Below are positions 49,831 to 58,687 of a stretch of DNA of 58,687 nt, piece by piece. The DNA comes from Atractiella rhizophila. Its lineage: Eukaryota. The notes under the pieces are model-generated. The model saw only the letters and a program-made list of their open reading frames with translations. It was not told the DNA's origin and ran no database searches. The number at the start of each line of letters is the position of its first letter. Position 1 is the stretch's first letter. A program made the translations under genes and the position numbers. The stretch is taken from NCBI GenBank assembly GCA_021432655.1, contig MU271319.1:35514-94200 (forward strand), read 5' to 3'.

Positions 49831-51191
49831 CCAAGACGAGACTCTTGAGTACCTGGAAGGTTGACCAATCCAAGTGTATTGATTTCAGGGAGAGATCTCG
49901 TCATCGCCGAGATGAGATTAACTAGTGCCACGGAGTCCGGTCCCTGTATATAAAGCGCATAAGTCGATGTTGGGTGGGGCAGGTGAGAAGAAAAGGAACA
50001 GAAGTTGGCACATTGAGCCTGCATTGTCTTGTAACTGCGAGCGGGTGGAAGAGCCAAAGCTCCGTTGGTTGTAGAGGGTTGCCATTCGGCGGATTGCGCG
50101 ACGGATGGCACGAGGAGTTTCGGATGCTTTTTGCTGCTTTGAGCTTCTCGCGTACGTCCAAGGCCATGACGGCGTCCAGGGAGGACTATCTGTTGTATCA
50201 ATGCGATAGTCAGTCACCATTAACCCTCCATTCCAGCAGGGAATCCAAGATGGAAAAATCAGAAGAAAAGAAGACGCACTTGTATTTCTCCTCCTCCTCG
50301 CCATCTTCTCCTCGTCTCCGCTTCTCTGCCCTTCTCTCAGCCTCCCCACATCCTCCGCTTCCTAGCCTTTGCCTTTCCCCATCTCTGCTCTCCCTCCGTC
50401 CCCACCTCTTCCTTCCACTTCGATCTCCTTCCGGCCAATTCGCCGCTGGAACAGAACTAGGATCCGGTTCCAACACACCGAGGCGGAGGGCAAGTTCAGA
50501 ACGGCCTTCTCTATCTCTAGTGCCACCACAATGTTGTCCACGGTGATCCCGTTGCTGTTACCGCCGAAGCCGCGTGAGATCTCTAGCCTCAGGATCGGAC
50601 AGCAGGGGAGAGGGTTAGGTCTTGATGAAGGACCCTTTCACGCTTCTGCTTCGGAGGCGCCGACATGGGAGCGGAAGCGGAGTTGACGGGATTGGAAGGC
50701 GTGGGAGATGAATGAACATGTCCTTCGGGGAGGCTTCGTTGAGGCCCCGCGGACGTTGTGGCTGATGCAAGGCTGATGGAAGTTTCCGTCCATACTGCAC
50801 AGGCTGGATGGTTGTTCAGATTCCATCTCGTGTAGATGGGACTAGGAAGGAGAGGATGAGTCGCGGTCTGTCACTGTCTCCATGCATGTCAAGGGCCCGA
50901 CAGACCTGACACCTGAGGTACGAAGGCCCCTCAACTCACTTGGAAAGGGCCTACACTGGGGATGACGGTAAGTGTGCTACGTGATGGATCAAATTGAATC
51001 CTTTGTGCAATCGGCCGCTTAGATGTCAAGACATCGAATCCACCGCAACCTGCCGCAACTGCTTTTACACACATCAAAAAGTTCCTAGTTCTTGCAGGAG
51101 TCCATATACAGGAATTTATCTCTTTTCTTGTGACGCTTGAGGCAGTTCAGTTAAGGGGGAAAGACAGTATGCCAAAGCGGAACATCACACC

Positions 51192-52199
51192 TTATACATC
51201 AAACGTCACACTGCCATCCCCATACAGCGCGAACGAAGCCCAGTGCTTCGGTTCCGCTCGCCCAGGCACCCGCATGTACTCCGTTAGGGTCTCTCTGACC
51301 AGCTCTGCCATCGACTTAACCTCAAGCCGGCGTGATAGTCGGATCTTACGCAGCAAGTTTGTCGAAATTGGAACTATATCTTCTTGCAGCACCGTGTGAA
51401 GAGTTCCCAGTACACTTTGTGAGCCAGCCAAGATGAAGGAGTTGATGAATCCGAGATAGTCGTCGGTGGGGGAGTTTCGACCTTGCAGGCTTCCACACCC
51501 AGCCAAGATAGTTGTCGTTGCTCTAAGTTGAAGTTCTGTTACTCGACGAGCTGTGAGGAGCCCATTATCCGCCATAAGGAAAGCAGCCGAAAGGGGATCA
51601 AGTGGATCGATAGTGGCATCCGCATGGCTCAAGAAGTATATCAAGTCAGCTTCCGGCATGGCTTGGACACATGCTTGAGCCGTCGCATGCACTCCAAGAA
51701 GAAGGGTTGAAGGGGAGTGCTCTTGGTGCAATTCTCGAAAGGCTTGCTCGCATCGTTCCTGTTCAACAGGATCCAGATGGAAACGGCGGCCAGCAGGGAA
51801 CGCCATTAGGAGCTCGTTTGAGGTTGCTTCACCCTCTCTTGTCGCTCGTAGACCCACCAGCGAGAGCAGCGAAAGGCTATATGAGACTGGATTTCGCACA
51901 AGAAGGTATTGGTCATTGAGTTTGAGCGCATGTAAAGGAATGCGGTACATCTCCTTGGTTGGGATCAGAATCAAGTGCTGATTGGGCTTTGTGTGATCCT
52001 GTAGCGGTTGGATGAGATAGGCAAAGTGTTCCAGAAGATTGGCTCCTTCTGCATACCAGGCCTCCGAGTCACCAAGCTCTCCCCTTTTGTGAATCTCGCT
52101 CGAGTACTCCTTATTCAGGTCAATCAGGACCGGTTGGTTCACAGGACCGTTGCATATCATGAGATAAAGGCTATCCAGTATTGTGATCCATTCCACAAC
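51192..52199 (-). pseudogene. CHAT-domain (caspase-HetF/separase-like peptidase) gene, 5'-truncated by the adjacent transposon
   Basis: LILIPTKEMYRIPLHAL, IYFLSHAD (catalytic His), LLTARRV, ILAGCGS (catalytic Cys), FILAGSQSVLGTLHTV, HWASFALYG. The ORF has no own start: its first 8 annotated residues come from the transposon end (52200-52223). Confidence 0.8.
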
Positions 52200-52546
52200 T
52201 ATGACGTGCATTTCGGGCCACAACTAGACTCACCAAAGTGACCAACCCAGCCTACCAACCCAACCAATCAGACCAACCACACTAACCAGGAAGACTTACC
52301 AAAAGGACCGACTAGCTTGATTGACATGACCGACCAGACTGATCAAACAACATACAATCAAGGTGTATGGAGAGTGGAATTGAAACAATTGAATCGTTGT
52401 CAAAGTGAGCAGAGACCTAATAAGAAAAGACCTCAGCTTGTGCTGGAGCTCAATAGTATATAATATGACGTTGTTCACGCACATGTGCAAACTTTATTAG
52501 ATGCTTCACCTTGATTTCAGCAATCACAGAACGTTCAAGCAATGCA

Positions 52547-54355
52547 ATGGCCAGGGGAAGAAGGCTAAGGGAAGAAGCACGTCGATTTGCACGCAATCCG
52601 ACACAAGCACGCCCTTGGGTTCAGTCACAAGGGCAATCAGCCGTGCAGAATGGTTCAGACCTGCTTCCGTTCGCTGCAGATGAGGTACGAAAGGTCCAGG
52701 AAGCTGTGTACGAATGCACACTCCCAATCTACAACTTCAGCCGTCAGCTTTCAAGCTTCTATACTGCCCGCCGATTCCTTGCTCTTCCTGAGGTTCTCAA
52801 CCGCCTACAACAAGTCATCAACCTCTATGTCTCTCTCAAGCCCCTTCTGCCATATCAAGAAATCTTTGCTCCTACTCTAGTCAAACTCATGAACTTGCGT
52901 GAGGAGCTTGGGAACCTGGAGGAGACAGCTGGGGATGTTCTTCCACAATTAGGGCAACAATTGTTTGAAATTGGACCCAGTGGACGTCGACGTATCAAGA
53001 TTGACCATGACTTATTCGTCTACTTGGTGAAGAACAAAATTCCGGCTCCTGAGATCGCCTTTCTGCTTGGTGGGGTTAGTGAAAGGACAGTAAAGAGAAG
53101 GAAACAAGAGTGGGGTCTATCAAAGAAGCTTTGGCCCAAGATCAGTAAGGACGACTTGCACGAACTTGTTCAACGTCTTAGAGCGTCAGGAGATATCTAT
53201 GTCGGAGAGATTGGAATGTTAGCTGCAGTGCACTCTTGTGGCGTAAGAGTTGATCGAGAAGAATTAAGAGAAGTCTTAAGGGAGGTGGATCCAATTGGAG
53301 TGATGGAGCGATGGGCTGGCCGAATCAAACGCCGAACATATTCTGTTCCTTTTGTCTTTTCTCTGTGGCATATTGATGGTATATTTTGGCACTTTTCAAG
53401 TTCCAACCTGAAAGTCTTTGAATAGGGTATATGGCACTTATTCGCTGGTCCTTACCTATTCATGGCGGAATAGATGGGTTCTCAAGGCTCTGTGTCTATC
53501 TTTTCATTGCGGACAATAATCGGGCCGAAACAGTCCTGAAGGCATTTGAGCAAGGATGTCAAAGGTATGGCTGGCCAAGTCGTGTAAGGTGTGATTTCGG
53601 CGGGGAGTTTGAAGAAGTAGAGAAGAAGATTATTTCAGTCAGAGGAGCCGGTCGAGGTGTGTGAATCCTGTACAAACTGATAAGAAATGTTAATCAGACA
53701 AGGATAGCTTCTCTCATTCGTGGATCTTCCACACGAAACCAACGAATCGAACGCTTATGGGTCGATGTTTGGAGATGGGTCATCCGGCTCTATTACACAT
53801 TGTTCTATTTCTTAGAACATGAAGGGCTTCTCAATGCAGAGAACGAAGCAGATATCTGGATCCTTCATTATGTCTTTATTCCTCGCATCCAATCTCACCT
53901 CGATCACTTTCGTGAAAATCTCTGGAATAATCACAAGATCAGCACAGAAAGCTCAAAGACTCCATGGCAACTCTATATAACTGGTAATGTCAAGTCCTGA
54001 AGAGGTCTTTGTTGCTGTTCTGAGACATTTTACAGGTCGCATACGTGCTGAAAAACGAGGTTTCCGTCTCAATTTAGATCCATTTCATGCTCAAACCTCA
54101 AATGACGATCATGAGACAGCAGGTATTGATTTTACTGAATATGGTGTTGATCACGACATTGGACGGGCTCGGAAGAACACAGACCCTCATGTCGAAGTCA
54201 ATCCACCTGCACGTTTTCTCACAGCAAGCGAATATGCCATATTGAAGGCAGAAGTTCCTGTCAGCACCAGGTCAGCAACTGACAACTGGGGACTGGATAC
54301 TTATATTGCTGCTCGTAACGTCATTGCAACACTGATCTGTAAGAGGCGAACATAA
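52547..54355 (+). CDS. DDE transposase, integrase-core/IS3EU type
   Basis: Four exons (introns ~53379-53425, ~53658-53707, ~53984-54035). HTH EIAFLLGGVSERTVKRR, then LREVDP.G...IKRRTYSVP..FSLWHIDG|YMALIRW..IHGGIDGFSR, YGWPSRVRCDFGGE, GSSTRNQRIERLWVDV, WNNHKISTE..TPWQL. The D-D-E triad is intact. Confidence 0.9.
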
Positions 54356-54687
54356 TTGAGGAGTTCTGATACAGTAGTTCGTTTTCTTTTAATCCTAACA
54401 ACAAAAGCATACAGTATAATTATTCACGTTTACACTAAATAATGAATAAAGAGCATTTTATTCCCTATCTGAATCTTCTAATGGAACATCATTCCCAATT
54501 ATGCTAGAAAAAGGCACACTTTCCCTCATTACTTCAATAGCCTTATCAGGTTGATCAAATATTCCTAGGTCTTGTGCAATTAATCTCCAGCCCACCTTAG
54601 GAACCACAATCTTCTCCATGACATCACTAAACACTGGAATCTTCTTCGACTGTTTGTACCACTTTGCTTTGGAGAAGAGGTCCTTAT
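54317..54687 (+). repeat. 371-bp direct repeat, copy 1 (3' ends of both transposon genes)
   Basis: Aligns without gaps to 54782-55152 (offset 465); I count 7 differences, all transitions. Confidence 0.95.
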
Positions 54688-54780
54688 GGGTTAGGGTTAG
54701 GGTTAGGGTTAGGGTTAGGGTTAGGGTTAGGGTTAGGGTTAGGGTTAGGGTTAGGGTTAGGGTTAGGGTTAGGGTTAGGG
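54688..54780 (+). repeat. Interstitial telomeric tract GGG(TTAGGG)15
   Basis: 93 bp of perfect canonical fungal telomere repeat, G-rich strand on + (orientation of a right-hand chromosome end). Confidence 0.99.
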
Positions 54781-54781
54781 A

Positions 54782-55152
54782 AATGTCGTTGCAACACTGA
54801 TCTGTAAGAGGCGAACATAATTGAGGAGTTCTGATACAGTAGTTCGTTTTCTTTCAATCCTAACAACAAAAGTATACGGTATAATTATTCACGTTTACAC
54901 TAAATAGTGAATAAAGAGCATTTTATTCCCTATCTGAATCTTCTAATGGAACATCATTCCCAATTATGCTAGAAAAAGGCACACTTTCCCTCATTACTTC
55001 AATAGCCTTATCAGGTTGATCAAATATTCCTAGGTCTTGTGCAATTAATCTCCAGCCCACCTCAGGAACCACAATCTTCTCCATGACATCACTAAACACT
55101 GGAATCTTCTTCGACTGTTTGTACCACTTTGCTTTGGAGAAGAGGTCCTTAT
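54782..55152 (+). repeat. 371-bp direct repeat, copy 2
   Basis: Matches 54317-54687 and continues into the remainder of transposon ORF2. Confidence 0.95.
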
Positions 55153-57900
55153 TCTTCTCTACAAAGCGACAGATTAGATCAGCACCGTAACTTCCGTAGC
55201 TATCCGAAATCGTAAATGCAGTGAACCATATATTCAGTAGCACACTACTTACTATCCTGGATAACAATGGTCAAAATTATGAAACTGTTCTGTCAGTGTT
55301 TGACGCTTCATATTCTCCTTAACTAGTGGTTCAATATTCTGTGTTAGAATGTCTGAAACTACATCACTATATTCGGTGATCCTCCTTTCGGTGTATTAGA
55401 TTGAACCTGCTAATAAAGAGAGCATGACGTACAACTTGAAGAGATCCCAATCAACTATAACCGGCCAATGCTTCTTGAACCCAGCATTTATCTCTAACCA
55501 ATCGTGACTGTGCTCGCTACAAGGTCCAGGAACATCTAGCGTTCGTTTATCGACAAGGACAAATTGACGGATCGAATCTCTCCGGTTAGGCTTACAAAAG
55601 ATACAAAGCCTGAAATAATAACGTCTCATTAGCTGAATCCATATATAAGGAAAGACAGACTCTTTTGGGGCATAAAAGTTCTTGATACCTTCAAGCTGCC
55701 GAGGGACAATAGAAAGTGGATCAGCACCAGCTGTTTTGCTCCGAGTCCGATATGCTGGCTCTCTCTGGAAATCCGCTTCATTTATTTGAGAGGAAGGGGT
55801 AAAAATTTGTGGTGTAGAAGCATTATTCAAATTGAAATCCTGCATAAACGGATCGCTGACACCTTCCTGCATGGTCTCTAGACCATTGGACGATTGATGT
55901 GAATCTACGTCATAATCCACCTTCATTCCATATGAGGTCTACGTTAACTGCCATTGGAAGGACGCACTAAGCTTTGGCTCTTGGCAACCATCCCTGCTTC
56001 ATCTTCTAACCATAGGAGTCCCTTCTGATCATCCCATGCCATTCTCCCACTAAGCGCATCTTCGCTTTGATGCCCATCGTCCATTGATGGATCTGGAAAC
56101 AAACCAAAATAGTTCGCTTCAAGCTGATCATGAGGTGGGCTAAAGCTTTGTGCATCCAGCTCTGCTGTGGTGTCCATACTTTGCAATGACCCAAGACCTA
56201 GTTGGCCCTCAACTGCATCGTCCTCATCAGCTCCCAATCTGACTGCTTGAGAGATGTGCTGTGTGGTCTTTTGAGGGGGAGGTGCCTTATTGTCTTCACT
56301 CTCAGATGTAAACCCTGCAGACTATCACTGGTATATCAGCTCAACCTTATCTTTTGATAGCAACAAGGCATACACAGCGTTTGACATGATGAGAGAACTC
56401 GCCTTCATTGAACAGTTGGGCGCAGGATGGGCATTTTAACTGCTGGGCTACTACGTTGTCATTTCGGTCCTGTTTCATCTTGCTGCCCTTGTCAAGGTGA
56501 TATTTCCGGAAACGTTTGGGAGTACGTCCTAAACGGATAAGTACTTTTGAAGTCTTGTAGGCCCACTTGAACTTTTCGACATCTGGTCGCTCAGGGACCG
56601 CAAGGTTAACGTTCTTGTACGTTCGTTCAAGTCCATTAGAAGCGGTAATCCGATAATATCTGCAGAATAAATTATGTTACCTGTACTTATAACTTGGTTA
56701 ATGGGTAAAAGATGCGTACCGATAATTATACTTTACTAGATCAATATCCTTATCCAAGAAACAGGTGGTAACGAGGGAATGGAGATGATCTGATGTGGCA
56801 TTGTCCGGAATAGGGACCGTTACTGAAAACTCCTTGGAAATTCGTGACAGGTATGAGGTTGACCAAGTAAACTGTATGTCCTCTCCAGTTGGAATGAGTA
56901 CAAAGGAATTTTTGGAGTTTTGGGTTCCTCCACCATAGTTTAGAAGCTTGGAAGAGGTCGGCGATTGTTCGACAGGGGTTTTGAAGTTGAAAATATCGGA
57001 AGGGAGGTGTGCCATGGTCACAGCCTTCTTCCTTCGTCTCAGGCTAGAGGATGATCGATTTGAAAAATTTTGTGGTGCCGTTTGAGCCTTCCCAGTGATG
57101 TTCTCATTCAGTGTCTAAGTGTATAATGAATATACTGTCTCAACACATAAAAGAGAACAGACCCCTGAGACAATACCGGGTATCAACCAACGACCGCTGT
57201 CTTGTTTGCCTTGTGTCGTCTTTTGGAACTCGTGTGTAATCCTCGTTACAATATCTGTGTGTTGTTCTAAATTAATGTCGCTAAGCCAATCCCCATGAAG
57301 CGTCAACCAGCAACATACCTGTACGTCTTCGTTTCTTTCCTTTCCGTCCATGCTTTTCAATAGCATCTTCTTCATGTTGAACGTTCCCATTATGTCTCTT
57401 CTTGCCAAGGATTGCACTACTGCAGCATTTATGATACAATATGACGATGAATTTTGGGATAGGCGTACATATCTTCCGTTATGATTGTAGGGCTTGTCGC
57501 TTGTGGGTCCGTAGTAGGGGCAGAAAGATCTCGGAGGCGTTGCCAAATAGGGTCTTCCTTTGGCCTGGAGCTAAAGCAACTTCATGATCAATAAACCCGC
57601 CACAATAGCTAGAAGGAAGAAACTTGCCTTTCAACTCCCTCAAGAGCCTCCTTATCAGGTGCCACCTGCCTATTATCATCACTGTCCCCGCTGTCCTCAG
57701 TTTGCTCATCCTGCTCCTCTTCTTCCCCATTTCCATCACTATCGCTGTTCTATTCCGAAACTGATATAAATTGAAGGCCAAAAATTATGAGAAGAGAAGT
57801 GTTACCAGCAACTGTTGCAATAGAAGTTGTTTCTCCTTCTTTGTTAGCTTAGAGACATCGAGTTTCTTTGGAAGTGACGAAGCATCTTGAAGCATGAAGA
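54923..57900 (-). CDS. Transposon accessory gene (ORF2), multi-exon, unknown function; 5' end approximate
   Basis: Chain of minus-strand ORFs (57115..57546, 56698..57021, 55944..56237, 55396..55926, 54923..55267) separated by intron-sized gaps. It converges on the transposase and lies inside the TIRs. Confidence 0.6.
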
Positions 57901-58687
57901 TTTAGAAGATTGAACGTATTGATCTACCTTTATCGTAGATAGATAAATCCAAAGAAACCAACTGCGAACTTATAGGCTATGGATCTTCGGCCGGCTGCAA
58001 ATGATTCCGGTTTCGCTTGTCTTGATTCCTTCAGATTCATGCTGTGATATTACATGGATGAAGGTAACAAATCCTATTTCGCATCAGCCCAAAAGCAATC
58101 GCATCAACTTGCATCATGGTAGTATGTGACCTAGCTCAATCAGGTGATCTTCAACTGCCCGAGGGTAGGTACTATATAAGGTTATATCCGAGTTCCGCTC
58201 TTCGCCCGAAGTCGGAGATATCACGTGACCCGATTTAAATTTACATATGCCGATTATTATCAGGTACCTGCCTTGTCATCAATCTAATTATCCTCTTTGT
58301 CTATAAGTCAACAAAAGGAGTCAAATTTCTGGGTTTGGATTGTTAGGTCTGGTAGGTAGGTCTGGTCTGGTCCCTTACTCTACTAGGTGCTGGCCCTTTT
58401 TTCATGCCATACTCGACGGCTCGAGCGGCTTGGAGAGCTGCAGCTACAAAAGAGAGAGGAACGAGAGAAGAATGCATGACGAGAAAGAACGTCTGAAGCT
58501 GCAGTACGCTCAGCCTTGCGACAACCACGAATGGGAAGCATGGTTGTGAGGCCAGTGGATTTTATTCGCTGTCGCGCCGAGAGAAAGAGGGAAATGCAAC
58601 GTGAGAGATACACTGAAGGATCTTGAACGTGCGATAAGCTCCACATGGTGCGGAATAACAAGTGTTGCAGGGAACTGTAAGTCCGAC

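Larger units (their letters stand above)
52200..58411 (+). mobile_element. IS3EU-like eukaryotic DNA transposon (~6.2 kb), apparently chimeric, with an internal telomere tract
   Basis: Left end TATGACGTGCATTTCGGGCCACAACTAG; right end (reverse complement) TATGGCATGAAAAAAGGGCCAGCACCTAG. These form imperfect TIRs with TAY...RTA termini, and both carry ACC-rich subterminal repeats. The element encodes an IS3/integrase-type DDE transposase and a convergent second gene. Flanking hexamers CACAAC and CTCGAC match at only 4/6. Confidence 0.8.

Noticed and set aside
45899..50830. Functional genes in ORFs 45899..46702, 47334..47819 and 49593..50201
   Set aside because: The duplicated copies differ by frameshifts and no domain is recognisable; these are treated as decayed fragments.
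54618..54869. ORFs encoding (VR)n and (NP)n peptides
   Set aside because: These are translations of the telomere repeat.
58412..58687. Missing 5' half of the CHAT gene on the far side of the transposon
   Set aside because: The in-frame minus-strand stretch is short, closed by a stop and not TPR- or CHAT-like. The plus strand looks more like a separate decayed coding sequence.

Overview
Eukaryotic, intron-rich fungal DNA, very probably a basidiomycete (introns mostly ~47-70 nt, DUF6533/DUF6534-type membrane proteins, TTAGGG telomere repeat). There is one assembly gap (N 2637-3442). The left ~37 kb is gene-dense and mixes core genes (CTK3, MCM4, a Ran1/Pat1-type kinase, a CAMK-type kinase, a group II PLP decarboxylase, a DUF2985 protein) with accessory genes (Crinkler-header/REase-like/kinase fusion, HNH-like protein, IFI6/IFI27-like protein, and an arginine-finger-dead RhoGAP fused to an F-box/LRR-like protein between ~420-bp direct repeats). 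The right ~21 kb is repeat-rich and subtelomere-like: nested tandem and inverted duplications, a palindromic CTCGCGAG array, and a 5'-truncated CHAT protease gene. The most striking structure is a ~6.2-kb IS3EU-like DNA transposon (52200-58411). It has imperfect TATG...CATA inverted ends and two convergent genes, and in its middle it carries a perfect 93-bp telomere tract between two diverged copies of a 371-bp segment. This reads as a telomere-healed element copy fused to a second copy, with both genes and both ends reconstituted. All family names come from motif recognition by eye; no database search was run, and exon boundaries are manual.
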